Origin: Macrostomum lignano
Taxonomy: Eukaryota
NCBI GenBank assembly: GCA_002269645.1
Contig: NIVC01001338.1
Span: 124,001-188,000 of the forward strand
DNA length: 64,000 nt
Direction: 5' to 3'
Made by a program: the position numbers and the translations under genes. This document shows positions 35,962-47,509 of this stretch, piece by piece. How positions within the stretch are numbered: the first letter of the stretch is position 1; every line of letters begins with the position of its first letter. Below the pieces are notes generated by a model. That model was not told the DNA's origin and made no database searches. It worked only from the letters and a program-made list of their open reading frames with translations.

Positions 35962-38537
35962 ATGCATGCGCTTGACCTCAAGAACAGAGTCATGACCTCA
36001 GCTGCTGATTCAACGCCCCTGTCGCGTCGCATTGGCTGGGGACTGCGTGGCGCGTTGATCACTGCGGATGTACTTTTGAGCACAGCATGTCATAGTCTGT
36101 TCCTGCTTCTGTTGAAACCGCTCATGTGCCGCCTTCTTGGCCGCGAGGATCTTTACTGGCGCATTGAGGGCTTCTTGTTCGAGCGAATTTTCGGTCACGT
36201 GGCCACCTGGACACACACGGCCGGCTATCGGCTGTGTCTCCATGGCGACGCCATTCCTAACCAAGCCTATTCAAGCCGCACTCTGGTGATTTGCAATCAC
36301 GTGTCCACGGCCGATGTGCCCACCCTGTTCTACCTGTGGGTGAACAGCCACCCCTGTCCCATTCCCAACCTGTGGTGGGTCATGGATGTGCTGTTCAAGT
36401 GGACACCTTTTGGTTGGGTGTCACAGGTAACGGAGATGAATGCTGAACTTTTTGGTTTGATTATTGTTGCCGTATCTATCTTTGATACTCTCTTTCATTT
36501 TGTAATTGTTGAGTTGTTTAAGTATTCTACTGCCCTTTGAGAATCACCTAATTAAGAATCACCAGATTAAGAATCACCTAATTAAGAACCGCCCAGTCAA
36601 GAATCACCTGATTAAGAATCACCTAATATAGAATCACCTAATTAAGAATCCCCTAGTTAAGAATCGCCAGATTAAGAATCTCCTAATTAAGAATCGCTAG
36701 TCAAGAATCGCCCAGTCAAGAATCGCCTATTTAAGAATCGCCCAGTCAAGAATCGCCTATTTAAGAATCGCCCAGTCAAGAATCGCCCAGTCAAGAATCG
36801 CCTATTTAAGAATCGCCCAGTCAAGAATCGCCTATTTAAGAATCGCCCAGTCAAGAATCGCCTATTTAAGAATCGCCCAGTCAAGAATCGCCTATTTAAG
36901 AATCGCCCAGTCAAGAATCGCCCAGCCAAGAATCGCCTATTTAAGAATCGCCCAGTCAAGAATCCCCTGATTACGAATCACCTAATTAAGAATCACCTAA
37001 TTAAGAATCACCTAATTAAGAATCACCTAATTAAGAATCACCTAATTAAGAATCCCCTAGTTAAGAATCGCCAGATTCAGAATCTCCTAATTAGGAATCG
37101 CCCAGTCAAGAATCGCCCTGAGCCCGCAGCAGCTTGGCCCCGAAGCCCCGCACTCGAATCCAAATGCACCCCCATTAGCCGAAGCCCCGCCAACCCCCGC
37201 CGCCGCCAGGTGCACCGCGATCACTTCATCCTGCAGGGCAAGGAAACCCGCCAGGGCACCCTGGCTGAGTTCTCCCGCAGCGTGGCCCGGACCTACCTGC
37301 AGCTGCCCCGCAACTGGTGCGTCATCTTTCCCGAAGGCGGTTTTCACTACAAGCGAATAGCCGCTAGCAACAGATTCGCCGAGAAGCACGGGCTGCCGCC
37401 AATGGATCACGTGACCTATCCCAGAGTTGGCGCCATCTACGCCTTTGCCGAAGCCCTGCGTACCGCCAGTCCCCGCGATGGGGCAGGTGAGTTAGTTGGT
37501 TTCTAAGAATTGCTTTCAAATCATAGGATTTCTAAGAACTTTGTTTTCTAAGAATCGTCAGTTTATGCTCACGATTTCTAAGATCTGTCTGCAGGACAGA
37601 CTTGAGTGAATTAAAACAAACATACGTAATTTACTAATTTACGAGGGGTGTTGCTAAAGTTTCCAAACTGTGTTCGCTGTGAACGGCAGGATTGTTTCAA
37701 CATAATAATGATAATAATAATAATAATAATAATTGATTACCCCTGCCTTAATGGCCAGATGTACAATCGACAGCTCAGCCGCAGCCATTGCGCGCGCATC
37801 TGAAGGCTGAGTACGGCTGTTCAGTCCTATGACTGGGGGGGGGGGTCGCCACACACCCTCAGTTACCCCAGCTAATGCTGGCACCCTTTTACATAACAGC
37901 TGGGTGAACTGAACCAATGCAGAGTTAAGTGTTCCAGTGGGATCGGGAATTGAACTTCCGACCTTCAAGTCGTGAGTCTGAGGCTCTAACCACTATAGGC
38001 TACAACCCCCTATGGTTGGATATACACAACACAATAAATAATGGGTTAGTGTGTGTAAAGCACACCACCTAAGAATCTGCTGAATTATGTACAGTCCTAC
38101 ATGTACATTTACTTTATTGTACACGTTTAAGTTGTGTCTAACTTGGCCCAAACCTCTCCTCGCAAGGCCTGGACTACATCATCGACATGACCATAGGCTA
38201 CCAGGACAACAAGCCGCACGGTCTGGATGACATTGTGCTCGGCTGGTCAAAGTCTAGCACAGTTCACGTCAACCAACGGGTGTTCAATGTTAGCAAGGAC
38301 GCCGTGCCTCTTGAGAGCTCAGATGAACTTCTCACCTGGCTGTACAGTCGCTGGCAGGAGAAGAACAGCCAATTAGATGAGTTTTACAGAACTGGCGAAT
38401 TTCCAACCACCCGGCACTGTCCTGTGGAGTTCCATTGGCCAAATATCATTCTGGGTTATCTAGTGTCGGCTGGCTATATCTACTTGATGTACAGGCTAGC
38501 CTGCTTCGTGTTTGTTGTTTTCGGGCTTCTGTTTTGA
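35962..38537 (+). CDS. LPGAT1: Lysophospholipid acyltransferase LPGAT1-like, 370 aa
   Basis: Exons 35962-36426, 37210-37486 and 38167-38537 (phases 0 and 1; 1113 nt). Motifs NHVSTADV, FKWTPFG, IFPEGG, PRVGA, YIIDMTIGY, WLYSRWQEK, FYRTGEFP. Confidence 0.93.
36540..37120. repeat. Intronic 15-bp minisatellite (AAGAATCGCCCAGTC / AAGAATCACCTAATT)n
   Basis: Two alternating 15-mers. Confidence 0.95.
37705..38010 (-). mobile_element. Near full-length tRNA-derived, CORE-like SINE in LPGAT1 intron 2
   Basis: Minus strand: GGGGGTTGTAGCCTATAGTGGTTAGAGC (A box), AAGTTCAATTCC (B box), AACACTTAACTCTG...CCAGCTG core and a (TTA)n tail. The body is shared with 2200-2370 and 24430-24650. Confidence 0.82.
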
Positions 38538-38609
38538 TGCTTTAATTACAGTCTAAGGGCAGCGCTAACAGTTTAATAAATATCGTTCATATCGTGTTCT
38601 TACACCTCG

Positions 38610-38790
38610 AAAACATTCTATCCCCAGTGTACATTGACTCCCGACCAACTTTCCTATCCCCAATGTACACTCACTCCCAACAAACTTTTCTATCCCCATT
38701 GTACACTCACTCCCAAAAAATTTTCTACCCCCAGTGTACACTCACTCCCAATCAACTTTTCTACCCCCAGTGTACCCAGTGGACCATTCT
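38610..38790. repeat. Degenerate tandem repeat of about 36 bp (CCCCAGTGTACACTCACTCCC...)
   Basis: About 5 copies. Confidence 0.8.
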
Positions 38791-39324
38791 TTCCAAACCT
38801 AATGTACATTGAGTCCCTTAACAGACACTTTGAATTAGTCCACATAGACTCAATGTACATATTATTTTTAACAATAAACTAGATTTCACCAGATCATAAC
38901 TGTTATTTCTCTAAGTATTCCATAGCAATTAGTATTGCTAGTATATATTTTATTTAATGTTCTTTTTATTTTTTTCAGAAAACAAAGTTAATTTCTTCCA
39001 GTGACTACTGACTGAGGGTCAGAATTAGCTAGATTTTATTTATAAATTTTTAAATAAATTTCTTACCGCATTGATTTTGGATATTTTTTTGCCTACTCCT
39101 GTGCAATATTTTAATAATCCATTTAGTATTGTGCATGTTTCATAGCTTCAGTTTTTATTTGGTTTAATTTCTCATTTCTTCTCTTGTTTGCAGTCCATGT
39201 AGTTTATATTTATATTTTCGGTGAAACTTCTGTTTAATATAGTTAATAAAAATGCCACATTAAATCATTTAAAAAGTCTGATAGATTAGCAATCAATTAG
39301 TTATGACCAATAGATTTCAAGGTA

Positions 39325-40600
39325 GCTAATTGGGTAGGTCACTGAGTGCAGTGAGGTGTCAGGTAGTTAATTGGGGGTAGGTCACTCAGTGCAGTGAGGT
39401 GTCAGGTAGTTAATTGGGGGTAGGGTAGGTCATTCAGTGCAGTAAGGTGTCAGGTAGTTAATTGGGGGTAGGTCACTCAGTGCAGTAAGGTGTCAGGTAG
39501 TTAATTGGGGGTAGGTCAGTCAGTGCAGTGAGGTGTCTGGTAGCTAATTGGGTAGGTCACTCAGTGCAGTGAGGTGTCAGGTAGTTAATTGGGGGTAGGG
39601 TAGGTCATTCAGTGCAGTAAGGTGTCAGGTAGTTAATTGGGGGTAGGTCACTCAGTGCAGTGAGGTGTCTGGTAGCTAATTGGGTAGGTCACTCAGTGCA
39701 GTGAGGTGTCTGGTAGTTAATTGGGGGTAGGGTAGGTCACTCAGTGCAGTGAGGTGTCAGGTAGCTAATTGGGTAGGTAACTCAGTGCAGTGAGGTGTCT
39801 GGTAGCTAATTGGGTAGGTAACTCAGTGCAGTGAGGTGTCTGGTAGCTAATTGGGTAGGTAACTCAGTGCAGTGAGGTGTCTGGTAGCTAATTGGGTAGG
39901 TAACTCAGTGCAGTGAGGTGTCTGGTAGCTAATTGGGTAGGTAACTCAGTGCAGTGAGGTGTCTGGTAGCTAATTGGGTAGGTAACTCAGTGCAGTGAGG
40001 TGTCTGGTAGCTAATTGGGTAGGTAACTCAGTGCAGTGAGGTGTCTGGTAGCTAATTGGATAGGTAACTCAGTGCAGTGAGGTGTCTGGTAGCTAATTGG
40101 GTAGGTAACTCAGTGCAGTGAGGTGTCTGGTAGCTAAGTGGGTAGGTAACTCAGTGCAGTGAGGTGTCAGGTAGCTAATTGGGTAGGTAACTCAGTGCAG
40201 TGAGGTGTCTGGTAGCTAAGTGGGTAGGTAACTCAGTGCAGTGAGGTGTCAGGTAGCTAAGTGGGTAGGTAACTCAGTGCAGTGAGGTGTCTGGTAGCTA
40301 ATTGGGTAGGTAACTCAGTGCAGTGAGGTGTCTGGTAGCTAATTGGGTAGGTAACTCAGTGCAGTGAGGTGTCTGGTAGCTAATTGGGTAGGTAACTCAG
40401 TGCAGTGAGGTGTCTGGTAGCTAAGTGGGTAGGTAACTCAGTGCAGTGAGGTGTCTGGTAGCTAATTGGGTAGGTAACTCAGTGCAGTGAGGTGTCTGGT
40501 AGCTAATTGGGTAGGTAACTCAGTGCAGTGAGGTGTCTGGTAGCTAATTGGGTAGGTAACTCAGTGCAGTGAGGTGTCAGGTAGCTAAGTGGGTAGGTGC
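39325..40600. repeat. 41-bp minisatellite (CTCAGTGCAGTGAGGTGTCTGGTAGCTAATTGGGTAGGTAA)n
   Basis: Period 41 (39781 vs 39822). Confidence 0.97.
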
Positions 40601-41074
40601 AGGTTTTCATGCTCAGTGCAATCCAATGTTCAGGTCAGCTATTACATTGTAAGAATTTTACTATTCTTACATATTTTCACTGTATGGATTCAAGTCTAAG
40701 TCTCATCTCTGTAAGCTTTTGCACAGTCTCATTTATTAATTTTAATTTATGATCGTCTACTATATTACTAATAGCCAAAGATGGTTTTATAAAATTTTCT
40801 GACATCTTTTCTAGTTCGTTTAATTATAATTCTGCTAACTCCAGCAGCTAGTAAGCTCATAGTGTACTTTTTCAATTAAAATAAACCATTATGTTTATTC
40901 AAACTTCATAATTCGTTTGCAAGCAAACTTTGAAGTGATTAATGTGCTCATCAGTATTGAGACTCTGATTTGAATTTTTTATACCCCTTTTTATTAGCGT
41001 AGAGTTGTACTCAATGACCTCAAATCAATTATATTCCATCCAATCACCTTAACCAACCAGAGAAGCACACTGTG

Positions 41075-42300
41075 AATCGCTCCAAACCCAATTTCAGAAT
41101 AGCAGTCCATTTACTTTTCTAAGAATTGCTCCAAACCCAATTTCAGAATAGCAGTCCATGAACTTTTCTAAGAATCGCTCCAAACCCAATTTCAGAATAG
41201 CAGTCCATTTACTTTTCTAAGAATCACTCCAAACCCAATTTCAGAATAGCAGTCCATTTACTTTTCTAAGAATCGCTCCAAACCCAATTTCAGAATAGCA
41301 GTCCATTTACTTTTCTAAGAATCGCTCCAAACCCAATTTCAGAATAGCAGTCCATGAACTTTTCTAAGAATCGCTCCAACCCCGATTTCAGAATAGCAGT
41401 CTATTTACTTTTCTAAGAATGGCTCCAAACCCAATTTCAGAATAGCAGTCCATGAACTTTTCTAAGAATCGCTCCAAACCCGATTTCAGAATAGCAGTCC
41501 ATGAACTTTTATAAGAATCGCTCCAAACCCGATTTCAGAATAGCAGTCTATTTACTTTTCCAAGAATCGCTCCAAACCCGATTTCAGAATAGCAGTCCAT
41601 GAACTTTTCTAAGAATGGCTCCAAACCCGATTTCAGAATAGCAGTCCATTTACTTTTCTAATAATGGCTCCAAACACGATTTCAGAATAGCAGTCCATGA
41701 ACTTTTCTAAGAATCGCTCCAACCCCGATTTCAGAATAGCAGTCCATGAACTTTTCTAAGAATCGCTCCAAACCCAATTTCAGAATAGCAGTCCATGAAC
41801 TTTTCTAAGAATCGCTCCAAACCCAATTTCAGAATAGCAGTCCATTTACTTTTCTAAGAATCGCTCCAAACCCGATTTCAGAATAGCAGTCCATGAACTT
41901 TTCTAAGAATCGCTCCAAACCCGATTTCAGAATAGCAGTCCATTTACTTTTCTAAGAATCGCTCCAAACCCGATTTCAGAATAGCAGTCCATGAACTTTT
42001 CTAAGAATCGCTCCAAACCCAATTTCAGAATAGCAGTCCATGAACTTTTCTAAGAATCGCTCCAAACCCAATTTCAGAATAGCAGTCCATTTACTTTTCT
42101 AAGAATCGCTCCAAACCCAATTTCAGAATAGCAGTCCATGAACTTTTCTAAGAATCGCTCCAAACCCAATTTCAGAATAGCAGTCCATGAACTGCTCTGA
42201 CAATCGCCCTAAAGCCCCATTTCAGAATAGCAGTCCATGAACTGCTCTGACAATCGCCCTAAAGCCCCATTGCAGAATAGCAGTCCATGAACTGCTCTGG
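41075..42300. repeat. 49-bp minisatellite (CTAAGAATCGCTCCAAACCCAATTTCAGAATAGCAGTCCATGAACTTTT)n
   Basis: Period 49 (41281 vs 41330). Confidence 0.97.
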
Positions 42301-42779
42301 GAATCACCCTTAGACCACCTTCATTACGCAGTCATTGAATGAGTAGAGATTTGCTCTCTGCGACGTGCCCTTCTATCTGTACCCGCATGCGTATACAAAA
42401 CGTTTTTTAATCTTTACTCAAAATAGACAGCTCAGTTGAGAACTGCGTGTCTGCCAGCTCTCAACGAATAGCGCGCAAAACGAAGGCTGCAGTTCTCGCT
42501 GTGTTTATTTAGCTAACAGAAATTGTAGAGTACAAACATATCGAGACATTTTTGGCTAGATAAGTAAAGCGACAAATCCACTTTTTAACAGAGAACGGCC
42601 TCTAATAAAATTTGGATTCCAAGTTTTCGAACTTAATCAGAACCGATTTAAAAGTTGAATTAATTTTGAGTTGAATTAAGTATACACCAGGTGAGATTTT
42701 TGCACGATCATTGCTCTATTCTCACCTGTCGATTCTTTCACTAACTTCTCTTCCCCACTTCTCCTGACTAATCCTCTGC

Positions 42780-43230
42780 CCTAGCTACTTCTTGTCTTAC
42801 CCCCCTACTTCTCCCCCACTTCTTATATCCCTACTCCCCCAACTTCTCCCATCTCTACAACCCTTACTTCTCCCTCCTACTCCCCTTACTCCCCATACTC
42901 CCCCACTTCTCCCTCCCTACTTCTCCCATCTCTACTCCCCCTACTTCCCCCTGCTAACTTCTCCCTTCCCTACTTCTCCCCTCCCTACTTCCCCCTCCTT
43001 AATTCTCCCCTCCCTACTTCTCCTCTCCTTACTTCTCCCCTCCCTACTTCTCCTCTCCTTACTTCTCCCTTCCCTACTTCTCCTCTCCTTATTTCTCCCT
43101 TCCCTACTTCTCTTCTCCTTACTTCTCCCTTCCCTACTTCTCCTCTCCTTACTTCTCCCCTCCCTACTTCTCCTCTCCTTACTTCTCTCCTCCCTACTTC
43201 TCCTCTCCTTACTTCTCTCTAATTTCTATT
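42780..43230. repeat. Polypyrimidine-rich low-complexity / 30-bp repeat (CTCCCTACTTCTCCTCTCCTTACTTCTCCC)
   Basis: A nearly G-free C/T tract. Confidence 0.9.
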
Positions 43231-43463
43231 CTACCAAGCCTATCTGCTGCCTACCTCCCTGTCTGCGTCTCTGTGTCTACTTCTCTTCTGTCTACGTCTA
43301 CGGGCGCCAAAATCTCACCTGCCTACTCATCTGTAATTTTAACCGCATCAGAATACACTACGTTTCAATCCGAATCGCGCATCATGCAAAGCCAACTCGC
43401 TCGCACATATAAAAGTAAAAAAAACCGACTCAAAACTCCAGTGCTCCGTCCTTGAAAAAAGCA

Positions 43464-44915
43464 ATGAGCAACCAGCAGCAGCCCGCCAACATCATTTTCG
43501 AGTCCAGCAAACACTTGGAGTCTGGGGAGCCGGAGCCGCAGCTCAAGCCCAACCTGCTCACTCTGTACTCCATGCGGTTCTGCCCGTTCGCCCAGCGCAC
43601 CCGCCTGGTGCTGCAGCACAAGCAGCTGCCCCACCAGATTGTCAACCTGAACCTCGTGCGCAAACCCGACTGGTTCCTGGCCAAGTCGAGCTCTGGCAAA
43701 GTGCCAGTTCTGATTGAACCTGACGGCTGGACTCTCATTGAGTCTCTAGTCACCTGCGACTACCTGGAGGACGCGCACCCGGAGCCGCCGCTGTACCCCG
43801 GCGACGCCAGGAAGCGGGCCGCCATGCGCTTGGCTGTTGGCAAGATGGGCGACTCCGTCATTCCCGCCTTCTATCGATGGGCCATGCGGAGAGGAGACGA
43901 GCAGAAGGTGGGCGCAGAATGCTCTTCTGTTGCTTCTGGCTTTGCTACTTTTCTGTGCGTCTCATTCTGTTCTCCTCTCACCTTGCCCTGTTCCCCTCTC
44001 ACCTTGTCCTGTTCCCCTCTCACCTTGCCCTGTTCCCCTCTCACCTTGCCCTGTTCCCCTCTCACCTTGCCCTGTTCCCCTCTCACATTCTCCTATTCCC
44101 CTCTTACCTTGCCCTGTTCCCCTCTCACATTCTCCTGTTCCCCTCTCACCTTGCCCTGTTCCCCTCTCACATTCTCCTGTTCCCCTCTCACCTTGCCCTG
44201 TTCCCCTCTCACCTTGCCCTGTTCCCCTCTCACATTCTCCTGTTCCCCTCTTACCTTGCCCTGTTCCCCTCTCACATTCTCCTGTTCCCCTCTCACCTTG
44301 CCCTGTTCCCCTCTCACCTTGCCCTGTTTTCCTCTCACCTTGCCCTGTTCCCCTCTCATCTTCCCCTGTTCCCCTCTCATCTTCCCCTGTTTTCCTCTCA
44401 CCTTGCCCTGTTCCCCTCTCATCTTCCCCTGTTCCCCTCTCATCTTCCCCTGTTTTCCTCTCACCTTGCCCTGTTCCCCTCTCACCTTGTCCTGTTCCCC
44501 TCTCATCTTCCCCTGTTCCCCTCTGCCAGTCCTATGCTTCTCCCCTACAGCAGTGCTCCTAGCAACTAGCCATAGTGAAAGTCACTTGAATGTCACCCGC
44601 CAGGCCGAATGGGAGTCGCTACTCGCCGGCCTAACGCAGCTGCAGGCCCAGCTGGGCGATTCGAACTTTTTCGGCGACTGCGACCAGGTGCAAATGGCCG
44701 ACCTGATGATCTGGCCCTGGATAGAGCGGCTGCCGGTCGCCGCAAAGATGCTGGGCTTCCAGCTGCCCGCGGACAGGTTCGACAAACTGCTGGGCTGGAC
44801 TTCCCGGATGGAGCAGCAGCGGGCTGTGAAAGAGACTCGTATCTCTGACGGTGTGCACGCGGCCTTCTTCAAGGCCTACTGGGCCAAGGAGGTCCAATAT
44901 GACGGCCTTGACTGA
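43464..44915 (+). CDS. GSTO: Glutathione S-transferase omega, copy 1 (251 aa spliced)
   Basis: Exons 43464-43907 (AAG|GTGGGC) and 44604-44915 (CGCCAG|GCC). Motifs LYSMRFCPFAQRTRLVL, KPDWFL, GKVPVL, LIESLVTCDYLED, MADLMIWPWIERL. Confidence 0.95.
   Translation: MSNQQQPANIIFESSKHLESGEPEPQLKPNLLTLYSMRFCPFAQRTRLVLQHKQLPHQIVNLNLVRKPDWFLAKSSSGKVPVLIEPDGWTLIESLVTCDYLEDAHPEPPLYPGDARKRAAMRLAVGKMGDSVIPAFYRWAMRRGDEQKVGAECSSVASGFATFLCVSFCSPLTLPCSPLTLSCSPLTLPCSPLTLPCSPLTLPCSPLTFSYSPLTLPCSPLTFSCSPLTLPCSPLTFSCSPLTLPCSPLTLPCSPLTFSCSPLTLPCSPLTFSCSPLTLPCSPLTLPCFPLTLPCSPLIFPCSPLIFPCFPLTLPCSPLIFPCSPLIFPCFPLTLPCSPLTLSCSPLIFPCSPLPVLCFSPTAVLLATSHSESHLNVTRQAEWESLLAGLTQLQAQLGDSNFFGDCDQVQMADLMIWPWIERLPVAAKMLGFQLPADRFDKLLGWTSRMEQQRAVKETRISDGVHAAFFKAYWAKEVQYDGLD
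43965..44525. repeat. Intronic 21-bp minisatellite (CTGTTCCCCTCTCACCTTGCC)n
   Basis: About 26 copies filling the GSTO-1 intron. Confidence 0.97.
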
Positions 44916-45199
44916 CTGATTTTTTTATTGATATTTACAATTGTGAATTATTAACTCATAATAATTTATCATCCGTAGAGTGTCTCTTATAATTTTAAAT
45001 AGCGTAGAAAAATCGACCGTTTACAATGCTATAGAGACATTTTCTATATTTTGTTTATAGAAATTTACAGCATTACAAATCACAGTCTCGTTTGTGTCTT
45101 TCTCTTTCCATTTTTATCAACGTAGACTAATGTCCCCCTGTGTACTGTAGCCTGTCAACCCTGACCGTAGCCTATCACCCTGTTTCCTGTAGCCTGTCA

Positions 45200-45430
45200 C
45201 CCACTCTCCGCACAGCGACACCCCACTCCTCGCACAGCCACCCCACTCCTCGCACAGCCACCCCACTCCTCGCACAGCCACCCCACTCCTCGCACAGCCA
45301 CCCCACTCCCCGCACAGCCACCCCACTCCTCGCACAGCCACCCCACTCCTTGCACAGCCACCCCACTCCCCGCACAGCCACCCCACTCCTCGTACAGCCA
45401 TCACACTCCTCGCACAGCCACCCCACTACC
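45200..45430. repeat. 20-bp minisatellite (CCCCACTCCTCGCACAGCCA)n
   Basis: Period 20. Confidence 0.95.
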
Positions 45431-45544
45431 CGTCACCGTACAGCCACCCCACTCCCCTTAATCAATGCTGATTGGCTCCGAACTTTGCAGTATCGCCAAG
45501 CCCTCAAAGCCGGCACGGGCAGCAGCCGTGGCAAGAATGTGCTG

Positions 45545-46827
45545 ATGGAGACGGCCAAACACTTGGAGTCTGGGGAGCCGGAGCCGCAGCTCAAGCCCAA
45601 CCTGCTCACTCTGTACTCCATGCGGTTCTGCCCGTTCGCCCAGCGCACCCGCCTGGTGCTGCAGCACAAGCAGCTGCCCCACCAGATTGTCAACCTGAAC
45701 CTCGTGCGCAAACCCGACTGGTTCCTGGCCAAGTCGGCCTCCGGAAAAGTGCCGGCTCTGCTGGAGCCCGACGGCTCGGTGCTTGAGGACTCCTTAGTTA
45801 CAAGTCGGCACCTTGAGGAAACTCACCGCGAGTCGGCTCTGTATCCAAGCAACGCCGACAAGCGAGCACAGATGGATGGCGTGATCGCTCAGATGGGCGA
45901 GAAAGTCATTCCCGCGTTCTACAGATTGTTCGGAGTTAGCGGCGATGAAAAGAAGGTATGGAGCTAAGTTGCCTTTCTTTTGGAGCTATGGGTAGCGTAG
46001 GGTAGCTATGGGTAGAGTAGGGTAGCTTTTGGTAGGGTGGGGTAGCTTTGGGTAGGGTGGAGTAGCTTTGGGTAGGATGGGGTAGCTTTGGGTAGGGTGG
46101 GGTAGCTTTGGGTAGAGTGGGATAGCTTTGGGTAGAGTGGGATAGCTTTGGGTAGGGTGAGGTAGCTTTGGGTAGAGTGGGGTAGCTTTGGGTAGGGTGG
46201 GGTAGCTTTGTAGGTACGGAAGATCAGAGTTGAGTAGACCAATTTGGCCTGAAGCACAGTGAGGGTAGCCTGAAGCACAGTGAGGGTAGCCTGAAGCACA
46301 GTGAGGGTAGCCTGAAGCACAGTGAGGGTAGCCTGAAGCACAGTGAAGGCAGCCTGAAGCACAGTGAGGGTAGCCTGAAGCACAGTGAAGGCAGCCTGAA
46401 GCACAGTGAGGGTAGCCTGAAGCACAGTGAGGGTAGCCTGAAGCACAGTGAGGGTAGCCTGAAGCACAGTGAGGGTAGCCTGAAGCACATTCGGCTCGCC
46501 AAACTCGCCACCCCGCAGGCGGCATTCGAGCAGCTGGTCACCGAGCTCGAGTCGATGCAGTCCACTCTGGGCGACTCAAAATTTTTCGCCGGTAGCGAGA
46601 CGGTCCAGATGGCCGACCTCATGATCTGGCCATGGTTCGAGCGCCTGAAGCCTTCGTGCTCGCTGGCTGGCTTCCAGGTGCCCGAGGAGCGGCTGAAATC
46701 GCTGATGTCCTGGATGGGCAGGATGGAGCAGCAGCGGGCGGTTCTAGAGACGCGCAACACGGATGAGGCTCATGTGGAGTTCACGCGCTCCTTGCTGGCC
46801 AACCAGCCGAAATACGATGGCTACTGA
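45545..46827 (+). CDS. GSTO: Glutathione S-transferase omega, copy 2 (239 aa from the first ATG; may extend to the acceptor at 45491)
   Basis: Exons 45545-45955 (AAG|GTATGG) and 46519-46827 (CCGCAG|GCG). CPFA active site, GKVPAL, MADLMIWPWFERL. Same intron position as copy 1. Confidence 0.94.
45990..46490. repeat. Two intronic minisatellites: 20-bp (GGTAGCTTTGGGTAGGGTGG)n, then 21-bp (CCTGAAGCACAGTGAGGGTAG)n
   Basis: Blocks at 45990-46210 and 46245-46490. Confidence 0.95.
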
Positions 46828-47509
46828 GAGCGAAATCTTCAGTTAATTTGTGCCTCGTGTTGATGCTGGCACCTGAGCTTACTGACTTCTATTTATGCTT
46901 CTTCTATTGTCTTACCCTTTTCCTGTGCGGTATGACCTATGGGGGCCGCAGTGTGGTTTATTGGGTCAATAAATGACCTATATGGGTCATTATACATGTA
47001 TGACACCTTGGGTCATTGTGTGACTCATAAGGTCATTATATAACCCATCATGTCATTATATGACACATCAGGTCATTATATGACACATCAGGTCATTATA
47101 TGACACATCAGGTCATTATATGCCTATCAGACCGTCCTATTTATGCCCTATCATTTATCACTCTATATTTTTACTAGTTTCTTTCTATATGAAATATTTC
47201 TCTGCACCGCTATCGCTTCTTAGTGTCGATGCTGAACCATCATTCCGAAGCTTCTTCTATGAAAAGACACCAATTATTTAAAAAAATGTTAACCATGGAC
47301 GCCTTCTATTTCTACTTTTTAACGTACTACTAAGTAGCTTTTGCTATAAGTAGCTAGATAGACAATTTTGTTTTTAGAAAATGAAATATATGTTTTCTTT
47401 TATTCTGACTTGTTTAGACACTTTTAACTGGAAATAATTAATAGATATTCCTTTTTTGTTAATTAATTTCATTGCCGAAAATTAAGGTCATTGAGCTACC
47501 TGCCTCCTC

